A stretch of DNA of 64,000 nucleotides, taken from the IMG/VR virus record IMGVR_UViG_3300042566_001780, positions 186,001-250,000 of that record, one strand, 5' to 3'. Position 1 is the stretch's first letter, and every line of letters begins with the position of its first letter. Made by a program: the position numbers and the translations under genes. The notes beneath the pieces were generated by a model. It saw only the letters and a list, made by a program, of their open reading frames with translations, ran no database searches and was not told the DNA's origin. Of this stretch, positions 1-8,374 are shown piece by piece.

Positions 1-634
1 TGCTAATGTAGCACACATTCTTTTCTGTTACTGCTCTCACTTTTCTTCGATAGATTTCAAATTCAGAAATTTGGTCCAGCGGAATCCAGTATCCACGTTC
101 TTCTTGAGTCTTACGTATTTGTGCAGCTTTCTGTTTTGAGTTATTAGAAATCTTTTGTTTAACTTCTGCAGTATGCTTTTTCCCTTTCATTCCACCAACA
201 AAATCTGGGGCACTGCGAATTTTTTCCATTGCTATGCGATGTTTTTCTTTTTGTTCTGGAGTTATTTTTTGCCCTGTTACCTTTTTTCTTATTTTCTCTT
301 TCGTTTCTTCAGACAGTGTTTTGCCCTTCAAATGATTATCCCTAGCAGCAACTCGCTGACGTGCTTCATCTGACCATTCATTTTTGTATCCACTTTTGCC
401 AAAATTCCATGGAATTCTCTTAGTCAGCTTTTTTGATTTTTTTGCTTCCTTCCTCTCTCTTGCTGCTTCTGACATATCTTTTTTAGCAGCACTACGTTTT
501 GCAGCACTTTCTTCACTTTGCATAGGTGCATCTGGGAATTTCTCTAAATACTGGTCCCTTGTTAATCCATGATGCACCAAGTGACGCTTGGTGATAGCGT
601 GAAATTCTCTACCGCAAATTTTGCAAGTTATCAT
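1..634 (-). CDS. Zn-finger/NUMOD3 homing-endonuclease-like protein, truncated by the window edge; missed by the ORF track
   Basis: Manual translation from ATG at 634: MITCKICGREFHAITKRHLVHHG (C2H2-like), then NUMOD3-like LKGKTLSEETKEKI and MKGKKHTAEVKQKIS, then YRRKVRAVTEKN. Open to the edge; the catalytic domain would lie outside the window. Confidence 0.65.
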   Translation of the reverse strand, partial: MITCKICGREFHAITKRHLVHHGLTRDQYLEKFPDAPMQSEESAAKRSAAKKDMSEAARERKEAKKSKKLTKRIPWNFGKSGYKNEWSDEARQRVAARDNHLKGKTLSEETKEKIRKKVTGQKITPEQKEKHRIAMEKIRSAPDFVGGMKGKKHTAEVKQKISNNSKQKAAQIRKTQEERGYWIPLDQISEFEIYRRKVRAVTEKNVCYIS

Positions 635-698
635 TTTGTGTTAAGCAAAAATAGTTAATTAGCTATTTTAACAAATTGTTACAGATTCGTGCAAAAAC

Positions 699-721
699 AA
701 AGGGAGCTAATAGCTCCCTTT
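699..721. terminator. Intrinsic terminator hairpin after the tail tube gene
   Basis: AAAGGGAGCTA-a-TAGCTCCCTTT with A/T tracts on both sides. Confidence 0.8.
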
Positions 722-741
722 TTAATAAGCTTTTTAGCTTA

Positions 742-1338
742 TTAGGCGTTGAAACCGCCAAGTGCAGTACCAAGGCCTTCGCCACCTTCGCTGAGCGAAC
801 GAGCATGATCATAACGCAATGTCAATTGGATAGTAACAGCTTCAGAAGCAGAGTAATCAAGATCAGAGAAGTCGGCAGCTTGAATAAAGCAGCCTTCTAA
901 AATCCAGGTTTCAACCACAGTCTCATCACCATCTAATTGCTCAAGTTTCATGCCAAACTTGTAGTCAGAACCCGTAGCTGCAGTATTGAGCCAACGGCCG
1001 TCAAGATCAACACCAACTAAACGTTGTTGAGTCTCTAATTGACCCTTGACCACTTTAGTAGCTAAACCAGTAATGTCATCTTCAAGAGTAAGGTTAACTG
1101 GAGACCAGGTATGCTTGCCAGATACATATGCCACTGAGTTATAACGGTGGATTGGCACTTCCTCAAATTCGATCTGGGGACGTGTAATTGTCGTTGCTTG
1201 CATGGAAAGGTCTCTGGAATTGACACCAGACACTAGACGACCCATATCTTGGAACGTCACTCTCCACTTGTTTTTCATTTTTGGGTGATATATTCCAGAC
1301 CCAACGCCAGGAATTCCAAAACTTGATAATGTTGCCAT
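742..1338 (-). CDS. gp19: Tail tube protein, T4 gp19-like
   Basis: HPKMKNKWRVTF, RPQIEFEEV, KHTWSPVNLTLEDD, WILEGCFIQAADFSDLDYSASEAVTIQLTLRYD; 198 aa. Confidence 0.85.
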   Translation of the reverse strand: MATLSSFGIPGVGSGIYHPKMKNKWRVTFQDMGRLVSGVNSRDLSMQATTITRPQIEFEEVPIHRYNSVAYVSGKHTWSPVNLTLEDDITGLATKVVKGQLETQQRLVGVDLDGRWLNTAATGSDYKFGMKLEQLDGDETVVETWILEGCFIQAADFSDLDYSASEAVTIQLTLRYDHARSLSEGGEGLGTALGGFNA

Positions 1339-1393
1339 TTTTATTTTCTCCGAGAAATAAAAGCCGGTTGTCTTTCAACCTAATTCTTATAAG

Positions 1394-1400
1394 TATTTAG
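1394..1400 (-). promoter_or_regulatory. Late-promoter-like box CTAAATA for the tail tube gene
   Basis: Recurrent motif upstream of virion genes; resembles T4 late TATAAATA. Confidence 0.6.
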
Positions 1401-1569
1401 CAATTTTGACTTTTTTCTAACGATTTTTCAAAAAGCAATACTCCAGACATATGTATTGGCAATTATAGGAGTCACCCAGGGACACCCAGAGGTGATATCG
1501 CTCTATAAGATGATGGGCTCTAAAGCTAAGTGCCGAAAAATGCCCCCAGGTTCACTAAATGAAACCCAG

Positions 1570-1577
1570 CTAAATAG
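1570..1577 (+). promoter_or_regulatory. Late-promoter-like box CTAAATAG
   Basis: About 30 bp upstream of the 1607 start. Confidence 0.65.
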
Positions 1578-1606
1578 ATTATGACAATTCTCTTTTGGAA
1601 AATTAA

Positions 1607-2908
1607 ATGGCTGATATCTCAAGCTTACTTAAAACGAGCGGTTTAGATTTGGAAAGAACTGCAACTGACATATTTGGCACAGTTGTATCTGATTTTTCCA
1701 AAGGTACTTTAGAACCAGCATTACGCTCAATTACGGGTGTTCCTGCGCAGCCATTACCAGATAGAAATGCTGGCGGGTGGTATGCTACATCATATGCCCA
1801 TTCATTAGCAAATACTAATACTCGACCTAAGCTAAAATTCCTGTTTAAGGTGGAGTTCTTATTTCGTGCAGAGATAATAAATGCTTATCCATCTCTAAAG
1901 GACAATACTTTTGTGTTTTCTATTAAATCAGTTGATAGACCGAAGGTAGACTTTGAGTATGAAGAGGTTAATAGATACAACTTTAGAACAAAAGTGTTGA
2001 AACAAATTAAGCATCGTGAATTAACAATGTCATTTCATGATGATGTTGGTAATCAAGTCTATGAGTTTTTTAGAACTATGATGATGGTGCATTCGCCGAT
2101 CACTAGAAGATCTGCCACTGCTACCCATGATATAGCTTCACAGGCGGCTACATATTCAACCGGTCACGGTATGCTTTTTACTACAGACCCAACAGCCAAT
2201 ACTGATTTTGCTCATCGCGGCGTTATTAACACTGAAATTGGCAATGCAATTCAGGCTATCAAAATAACGCAAATCTTTTTGCAACCACAGAATAATTCAA
2301 TTCAAGATTCAACAAAAGAAGTTGCTTTTTTCTTTATGAATCCCAGAGTTGTATCTTTTGATTTAGATGATGTTTCACACGAATCGTCAGATGCAAACGT
2401 ATTCACTATGCAGTTTGATTACGATTTTATGGTGATGTCTGATGCCTCAGCTCTTAAGAAATTCGATGATTCGAAAAGTTTGGCTGCATTGCCGGGAGCG
2501 CCAAGTGAACCATCTCCAGCAATAGGTGCAAGTACCTCGTCCTCACCTGGTGGCGGATTGGGGAATAAAATAACCGGAATTTTATCTTCAGTTGGTGGAA
2601 GAGCTGTTCAAAAAATAACAAATGAGACTATAGGAAAAGCTTTGCGAAAAGTGCCTGGACTAGATGGATTAGCAAGTACAGTTAGCGGAATTGCTGGTTC
2701 ATTGGCTTCAGGTGGTATATCTTCAGTTAGCAGTTCTTTCCAAAGATTAGCATCATCGCCCACAGGTTTATTTGGATCAGCGAATACTCAATCACCGACA
2801 TCTCAAAGCATATTGACTGACTCTTCTACATTCGGTGATGATTTGGTTGGCTTAAATACATCTAATCAATCATTTCCAAGTGTACCGAGGTTCACTGATC
2901 TAGCTTAA
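1607..2908 (+). CDS. Tail-tube-fold baseplate/tube initiator protein (gp48/gp54-like) with a low-complexity Ser/Gly C-terminus
   Basis: RPKLKFLFKVEF, SVDRPKVDFEYEEVNRYN, LTMSFHDD, SFDLDDVSHE...FTMQFDYD parallel the gp19 motifs. Confidence 0.6.
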   Translation: MADISSLLKTSGLDLERTATDIFGTVVSDFSKGTLEPALRSITGVPAQPLPDRNAGGWYATSYAHSLANTNTRPKLKFLFKVEFLFRAEIINAYPSLKDNTFVFSIKSVDRPKVDFEYEEVNRYNFRTKVLKQIKHRELTMSFHDDVGNQVYEFFRTMMMVHSPITRRSATATHDIASQAATYSTGHGMLFTTDPTANTDFAHRGVINTEIGNAIQAIKITQIFLQPQNNSIQDSTKEVAFFFMNPRVVSFDLDDVSHESSDANVFTMQFDYDFMVMSDASALKKFDDSKSLAALPGAPSEPSPAIGASTSSSPGGGLGNKITGILSSVGGRAVQKITNETIGKALRKVPGLDGLASTVSGIAGSLASGGISSVSSSFQRLASSPTGLFGSANTQSPTSQSILTDSSTFGDDLVGLNTSNQSFPSVPRFTDLA

Positions 2909-2916
2909 GGAATTAC

Positions 2917-3363
2917 ATGAAAAAAGGACCAATGCGGGGTAGATTTATCCCCAAACACCCAGAAAAATATCTAGGTAATGCAGCCAAAATATTTGGGAGA
3001 TCTAGTTGGGAATTTATGCTATTCCGGTATCTTGATTCAACCCCAGCCGTTATTAATTGGGCTAGCGAAGAAATTGCAATTCCATACTTGTCTCCATTAG
3101 ATAATAGAGTCCATCAATATTATCCAGATGCATTTGTCATTTATCGAGACAAATATGGCAATATCAAAAAAGAGATAATTGAGATAAAGCCATACAAAGA
3201 AACTGTATTGACAGAAAAGTCATCAGATAGAGACAAAATAGCAATTGCAGTTAATCATGCAAAGTGGAAATATGCATCAGAGTTTGCAATTAAGCAGGGA
3301 ATGAATTTTCGCATAGTCACAGAAAAAACGCTTTTTAGACCGTTTGGCAAAACCGCTAAATAA
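2917..3363 (+). CDS. gp4: Head completion protein (T4 gp4-like, TnsA-N nuclease fold)
   Basis: GRFIPKHPEKYLG, RSSWE, WASEEIAIPY, YYPD, IEIKP, VNHAKWKYA. Confidence 0.85.
   Translation: MKKGPMRGRFIPKHPEKYLGNAAKIFGRSSWEFMLFRYLDSTPAVINWASEEIAIPYLSPLDNRVHQYYPDAFVIYRDKYGNIKKEIIEIKPYKETVLTEKSSDRDKIAIAVNHAKWKYASEFAIKQGMNFRIVTEKTLFRPFGKTAK
3356..3363 (+). promoter_or_regulatory. Late-promoter-like box CTAAATAA upstream of the GIY-YIG gene
   Basis: Overlaps the gp4 stop codon, about 25 bp before ATG 3388. Confidence 0.5.
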
Positions 3364-3387
3364 GAAATATTATTTCTTTAATCTACG

Positions 3388-4203
3388 ATGTCTAAAACTT
3401 ATACTAAAAAATTTCATATTATTTACAAAATAACCAGATTTGATGGAGCATTTTATATTGGGATGCACAGTACTGATAATTTGGATGATGGTTATTTTGG
3501 ATCAGGAAACAGAATTTCGCGATCTCTTAAATATCACGGCATTCACCAACATACTAAAGAAATTCTTGAATTTTTACCATCTAGAAAAGAATTAGTTGAA
3601 CGCGAAAAACAAATAGTTAATGAAACTCTCCTAGCAGATCCACTATGTCTAAATTTGTGTACTGGTGGTGGTTATGTTGCACGTGCTCCTGACCATCCAG
3701 ATGCTAATAAAAATAGAGCTGAAGGCGTAAGACGATTTTATGCCTCTGAAAAAAGCGTATTAGCAAGACAAAAAATATCTCAAGCAAATAAAGGACGAAA
3801 AGCCTCAGATGAGGCAAAACGAAATATGAGTGCTGCAGCTAAAAAACGAATGCAGGAGCAAAAAGAGTCAGGATTATGGGAAAAAGTTAAATTAAAAAAT
3901 GCAGAAGCGCACCGTGGAAAGCCGCAAAGCGATGAAACTAAGAAAAAACGAGTAGCATCACGAAAAGCAAATTTAAATGGTAGGAAAATAACTTTTTCGG
4001 CGCAAGCGCGCTTAAACATTTCAAAATCCCTTATAGGCAGTGCCAGAAATGTTAAAAAATGGAAAATAATATCTATTATTGATGGTTCTTTTTTCATCAT
4101 TGAAAATAGAGCAAAATGGTTGAGAGAAAATAATTTTGCGGGTCGAGTGAACACGATAAGGGATCAAACTGGAATAATAGTTTACAAAATTGAAAGAGCC
4201 TAA
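3388..4203 (+). CDS. Free-standing GIY-YIG homing endonuclease with NUMOD3 repeats (Seg-like)
   Basis: IIYKITRFDGAFYIGMH...YFGSG; NKGRKASDEAKRNMS and HRGKPQSDETKKK. Confidence 0.85.
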   Translation: MSKTYTKKFHIIYKITRFDGAFYIGMHSTDNLDDGYFGSGNRISRSLKYHGIHQHTKEILEFLPSRKELVEREKQIVNETLLADPLCLNLCTGGGYVARAPDHPDANKNRAEGVRRFYASEKSVLARQKISQANKGRKASDEAKRNMSAAAKKRMQEQKESGLWEKVKLKNAEAHRGKPQSDETKKKRVASRKANLNGRKITFSAQARLNISKSLIGSARNVKKWKIISIIDGSFFIIENRAKWLRENNFAGRVNTIRDQTGIIVYKIERA

Positions 4204-4205
4204 TT

Positions 4206-4664
4206 ATGCAAACACGATTTATTAATCCATTAGATGAATTATTCGAAATAGACCCTAGTTGCAGAAAAATAGAAGATACTACTGATCGTGATGATACTGA
4301 TTATGAAGTAGCTGAAGTCCAAAGTCAACCTGTTGAAGTAGTCAAAGATGAAGAAGATATTGACACTGATCAAAAAATAGATGCAGTATATGATGCAGCG
4401 CTCGAAGCTTACCAAAATCAAACTGCTATGGTTGAATTGCTTGAGCCACGATATGCTGCACGTAATGCAGAGGTGGCAGCTACTTATTTGAATATTGCTT
4501 TACAGGCAGTTACTTCAAAAGCTCGTGTAAAGAATGATAGAAAACGGGTTGGACAGTTTATCCCGGGGGCATCCAATAAAATCACGAATAATACTATTGT
4601 TGCATCCCGGGAAGAAATTCTTAGAATGATTTCAGTTGATGCTGAGACTAAGAAATTATCTTAG
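4206..4664 (+). CDS. Putative terminase small subunit (gp16-like)
   Basis: 152 aa, acidic N-terminus, helical core EPRYAARNAEVAATYL, C-terminal ITNNTIVASREEIL resembling the gp16 layout. Confidence 0.5.
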   Translation: MQTRFINPLDELFEIDPSCRKIEDTTDRDDTDYEVAEVQSQPVEVVKDEEDIDTDQKIDAVYDAALEAYQNQTAMVELLEPRYAARNAEVAATYLNIALQAVTSKARVKNDRKRVGQFIPGASNKITNNTIVASREEILRMISVDAETKKLS

Positions 4665-5842
4665 TAAGTTAGATTAATGTAACCTTCTACATCAATTCCA
4701 TTATTTTCTAATTCTGCTTTTATTTCTGCAGCGCTCTTACCAGCAACTGAGGAATCAAATGGATTTGAGGTTATCAAAACATTCCCGCCGATGTAAGAGG
4801 CAATGCCTGCAAGATTCTTCAACTTATTATTTCTTGCTGAGAAAGAAGCGCCAACATGTTTTGGGGAACCTTTAAGCGACGTTAATTGATTGTTGTCGCT
4901 GTTGAATTGTCTCCCAACAAATCTCGGTCCACCCTCAAGATTTTCTAATTTGTTGTTTTGACAACTGAAGTCTGAACCAACATCCTTCACACATCCTGCT
5001 AAGCTCGTTAGTTTATTTCCACTTAAATCTACAGAACCGCCAACTTCTCTAGGCATTTTTCCAAGTGACATTAGTTTGCAATTCATAGCTGCATAGTTTG
5101 CTCCTACGTACTGTGGGGCAAATTCTAAGGTCTTAAGATTATTTCTTGAGCAATTGAATGAACCTTCAACATGATAAGGACAACCTTCTAAAGAATCCAA
5201 GAATAGATTGCCTTGAATTCTAAAAGATCCACCTATTTTGCCAAATCTGACCGGAATTTTCTTAAGTTTCTTGAATGATAGATCGACGTCACTAGATACG
5301 TCAACAGTCAAATCGTCATTAACAGTGTAGTTGCTAATTTTGTACTTTTTCAATCGCGCAACAACTTCTTCCTTCGAATTAGGAAAATCATTATCATTTT
5401 CTGGCGTATACACCTTTGTGACTAACTTGCCTAATTGTTTGAAAGCAGCATCGTAGATATTGACCAAAATGTCAACTGGAGCGTCGCCCACAATAGAAGG
5501 CTTTGGACTCTTCATCTTGTATGGAGTATCAGATGAAGTACCACGAATTTGACCATTTGCGTAGACAATATAGAAGTCTTTCCATGGACCTAGCCCAAAA
5601 CCGGGTTTTGCAAAGTAAAAAGATCCTCTAACAGCAGCTAGAGGACCTGTCTTATCATAAGCAGAAATGGCTTTGTATGAATCTAAGTCTTTTGCTTTTT
5701 CAATAGCAGCTTTAACGTCAGCTTTTGAAGCACCTATATTCTTGAGCCAAACATTGGTTTTTCCTCGTAGATGCTTTGCTTTATCATCATACCGAATGAA
5801 TTGCTCTAGATCTTTATTTTCAAATAATTGTGCCAACTTCAT
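4661..5842 (-). CDS. Leucine-rich-repeat protein (~22-aa repeats) with an extra N-terminal domain and an MKLAQLFE leader
   Basis: Repeats such as GSFNCSRNNLKTLEFAPQYVG and SDFSCQNNKLENLEGGPRFVG. Confidence 0.7.
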   Translation of the reverse strand: MKLAQLFENKDLEQFIRYDDKAKHLRGKTNVWLKNIGASKADVKAAIEKAKDLDSYKAISAYDKTGPLAAVRGSFYFAKPGFGLGPWKDFYIVYANGQIRGTSSDTPYKMKSPKPSIVGDAPVDILVNIYDAAFKQLGKLVTKVYTPENDNDFPNSKEEVVARLKKYKISNYTVNDDLTVDVSSDVDLSFKKLKKIPVRFGKIGGSFRIQGNLFLDSLEGCPYHVEGSFNCSRNNLKTLEFAPQYVGANYAAMNCKLMSLGKMPREVGGSVDLSGNKLTSLAGCVKDVGSDFSCQNNKLENLEGGPRFVGRQFNSDNNQLTSLKGSPKHVGASFSARNNKLKNLAGIASYIGGNVLITSNPFDSSVAGKSAAEIKAELENNGIDVEGYINLTY

Positions 5843-5865
5843 AGATTTTCCTTTTGAATTTGAAT

Positions 5866-5873
5866 CTATTTAG
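5866..5873 (-). promoter_or_regulatory. Late-promoter-like box CTAAATAG
   Basis: About 24 bp upstream of the 5842 start. Confidence 0.65.
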
Positions 5874-6472
5874 ACGACTTCTTCAAAATTCTCGGCAATT
5901 TGTTTGATATACGAATGCGCTCTAGAGTTTGGTGGAATAAAGTTGCCCAAATACTCCGCTTGCACTGGAAGAATCTTACGCGTCTTCAAAATCAATGCTT
6001 CTGCTCTATTTGGGATATATGGAGCATATAGCAATTGCATACCGGCTTCTTCAAGAAACAAAGAATCCTTCTTGTTGTTATCATACTTGCACGCAGTTAC
6101 CACGTTCATCCAGGTATCTTTTCCACCACGAGACACGGGAATAATATGATCGCGAGACAACTTGTAAGACGGGAATGAATGGCCACAATAAGCGCAAGTA
6201 TAGTTGTCCCGAGCAAACAACTCTTTATTTGTCAGCAATGGGATTTTGTTGCGCTTATATGCATGCGATTCACCACGAATAGCAATAATCGGGGCTGTCT
6301 CAATTTTAGATTGAAGACCACTGATTCGGTTAAGACCACCACGAAAACGAACAAAGTCGGGCTCGCCGAGTTGCCATGCCACCAAGTCTTTAGCATGGTA
6401 GACAATAGCATCTTCATAAGTGCCCCAGTGCAATGGATTACCTTGTTGGTCTAGAATCAAAATCGTGTTCAT
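5870..6472 (-). CDS. HNH endonuclease (McrA/HNH_5-like)
   Basis: LFARDNYTCAYCG...DHIIPVSRGGKDTWMNVVTAC..NNKK. Confidence 0.85.
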   Translation of the reverse strand: MNTILILDQQGNPLHWGTYEDAIVYHAKDLVAWQLGEPDFVRFRGGLNRISGLQSKIETAPIIAIRGESHAYKRNKIPLLTNKELFARDNYTCAYCGHSFPSYKLSRDHIIPVSRGGKDTWMNVVTACKYDNNKKDSLFLEEAGMQLLYAPYIPNRAEALILKTRKILPVQAEYLGNFIPPNSRAHSYIKQIAENFEEVV

Positions 6473-6473
6473 T

Positions 6474-6932
6474 TCATTCTTCCTTAGTTTTGAGCAAATC
6501 TTCTAATTGTTTAACATATTTTTGATGATCTCTTCGACCATCTTTTAAAAACTCTTCACAACTCATCCAAACAGTGTATTCTGTTTCAGAACACCATTTA
6601 TCAAAATTCCATCTATCAATTATCCTAGCAGCATATACAGTCAAGTCATATGTGCCAGATCGCAAGACTACTCTTTCATGTGCCAGTAAAAACGGTGTCT
6701 CTGCAAGATTATATGCTACTAACCCAAGTTCTTCCTCAGCTTCTCTAACAGCGCACCCAAAAGCATCTTCATCTTCTTCAATTTTACCTTTGCTAAGCAT
6801 AGGGCGAGGACCACCCAACTTTGGGTTAGAACTCACCATCATCAGATACTTGTAAGATCCATCTTCATCCTTCAGATAAGGAATTAACCCTGCTCTAGCA
6901 CGCTTCTCATACTGTAATTCATCATGTTCCAT
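6474..6932 (-). CDS. Nudix hydrolase
   Basis: Nudix box GKIEEDEDAFGCAVREAEEELG. Confidence 0.85.
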   Translation of the reverse strand: MEHDELQYEKRARAGLIPYLKDEDGSYKYLMMVSSNPKLGGPRPMLSKGKIEEDEDAFGCAVREAEEELGLVAYNLAETPFLLAHERVVLRSGTYDLTVYAARIIDRWNFDKWCSETEYTVWMSCEEFLKDGRRDHQKYVKQLEDLLKTKEE

Positions 6933-6953
6933 TAAAAACCTCTCGTGACAAAA

Positions 6954-6981
6954 ATAATGGGCCCATAGTAGAGCCCATTAT
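6954..6981 (-). terminator. Terminator-like hairpin at the left junction of the TnpB element
   Basis: ATAATGGGC (6954-6962) / GCCCATTAT (6973-6981), followed by a T tract on the minus strand. Confidence 0.55.
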
Positions 6982-7059
6982 AACTCCTAGGCGAGAAAAA
7001 TGCACAATCTTTAGTTGTGCATATGAATCGCCAAATTTCAAATAAGCGCTCCATTTCTC

Positions 7060-7067
7060 TATAAATA
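7060..7067 (+). promoter_or_regulatory. Exact T4-type late promoter TATAAATA inside the IS left end
   Basis: About 35 bp upstream of the tnpB GTG. Confidence 0.6.
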
Positions 7068-7101
7068 GATTATCAACTTATTTCTATTTAGTATCTATTT
7101 A

Positions 7102-8325
7102 GTGTCTCAAGAATCTTTCATCCGTCAAAATTACCGTATCTATCCGACTAAGGAGCAAGCTGCTTACCTTAATCAAGATATGGGAAATCAACGTTTCATC
7201 TGGAATTACTTTCTAGCAAAGTCGATTGAGCTGTATGAGTTGGAAAAGAAGTTCTGCTTCTTTTTTGAGATGGCTAAGATCTTAACTGATCTAAAGAAAG
7301 ACGAGAACTTTGCATTCCTGAAACTTGGTAATAGTCAAGGTTTACAGATGACTTGTAGAACTTTAGATATCGCACTAAGAGGTTCATTCAAGTCGACAAA
7401 AAATAAGACTAGGAAGGGCTTCCCAAAATTCAAAAAGAAGACAGGAAGCGGATCAGTGACATATCCACAAGGTGTCAAATTGGCGGATGGCAAGTTGCGA
7501 ATTCCAAAATTAGATACTACCATCAAAATCAAAGATAATGGAATGTGTCTTCCTGAAGATTACAATTCAGTCACCATTACTAGATCTGCATCTGGTAAGT
7601 TCTATGCTTCGTTTGTAGTACCTTTTCAGATTCCAGACAAAGTTCAAATCAATGCTGATTCGAAAGCAGTTGGTATTGATTTGAACTCTCAACATATCAT
7701 GGTACTTGATGACGGGTCAGCAGTCGTTAATCCAAAACATCTCCTTGAAAAAGAAAAGAGATTGAAGAGATATCAGCGAGCTTTCTCAAGAAAGCAGAAG
7801 GGATCTGCTAATAAAAATAAAGCTCGTGTTAAACTTGCAAAGTTACATGAAAAAGTAGCAAATTCGCGTAAAGATTTTGATGAAAAACTCACATTGGATG
7901 TCATCAAAAATAACGATATTATCATCATTGAAGATCTTAATGTGAAATCTATGCAGAAGTGGAATGGGCGGATGGTACAATCTGCTCCATTTGGAGCAAT
8001 TCGTTCGAAATTAACTTGGAAAGCCAACAAGTTAGGTAAACATCTAGTTATAATAAACAGGTACACCCCAACCAGTAAGGTTTGTTCCGAATGTGGGCAG
8101 ATACATGAGTTGGATCTGAAGACTAGATGGCTAAGTTGTGATTGTGGAGCTCAGCTCCACAGAGACCATAATGCAGCTATTAACATCCTAAATGCAGGAT
8201 TAAGAAATATTGAGGCGGGGACCGCCTTTCAAGCTTGTGGAGAGACTAAGGTTCATGATCTCGGTAATGAGATTAGGTGGGTCTCGTTGAAGCAAGAAAA
8301 TACACGATCTTTAGTCGTGTATTAG
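7102..8325 (+). CDS. tnpB: RNA-guided endonuclease TnpB
   Basis: N-terminal YRIYPT HTH; RuvC-I VGIDLN, RuvC-II IIIEDLN, Zn ribbon CSECG..CDCG, RuvC-III HRDHNAAINI. Confidence 0.95.
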   Translation: MSQESFIRQNYRIYPTKEQAAYLNQDMGNQRFIWNYFLAKSIELYELEKKFCFFFEMAKILTDLKKDENFAFLKLGNSQGLQMTCRTLDIALRGSFKSTKNKTRKGFPKFKKKTGSGSVTYPQGVKLADGKLRIPKLDTTIKIKDNGMCLPEDYNSVTITRSASGKFYASFVVPFQIPDKVQINADSKAVGIDLNSQHIMVLDDGSAVVNPKHLLEKEKRLKRYQRAFSRKQKGSANKNKARVKLAKLHEKVANSRKDFDEKLTLDVIKNNDIIIIEDLNVKSMQKWNGRMVQSAPFGAIRSKLTWKANKLGKHLVIINRYTPTSKVCSECGQIHELDLKTRWLSCDCGAQLHRDHNAAINILNAGLRNIEAGTAFQACGETKVHDLGNEIRWVSLKQENTRSLVVY

Positions 8326-8350
8326 TTCATAATCAAAAACTACTAATCTA
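8200..8350 (+). ncRNA. Predicted omega/reRNA: scaffold overlaps the tnpB 3' end, guide derives from the flank starting at 8330 (TAATCAAAAACTACTAATCT)
   Basis: Standard TnpB architecture with the right-end hairpin and TTCA end; 5' boundary approximate. Confidence 0.55.
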
Positions 8351-8357
8351 TGTTAGA

Positions 8358-8365
8358 CTATTTAG
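8358..8365 (-). promoter_or_regulatory. Late-promoter-like box CTAAATAG pointing into the IS right end
   Basis: Motif match just after the stop of 8375..9034. Confidence 0.5.
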
Positions 8366-8374
8366 CTTTGAAAA

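Larger units (their letters stand above)
6982..8329 (+). mobile_element. Non-autonomous IS200/IS605-family element (tnpB only, IS1341-like)
   Basis: Left hairpin ATGCACAA-tctttag-TTGTGCAT (7000-7022) and right hairpin AATACACGA-tctttag-TCGTGTATT (8299-8323) share the same loop. The right end is ...AGTTCA (8329); candidate TAM TTAT at 6978-6981. No tnpA. Confidence 0.75.

Noticed and set aside
7102-8325. Cas12f/type V CRISPR effector
   Set aside because: No array nearby; IS200/IS605 end hairpins flank it, so it is TnpB.
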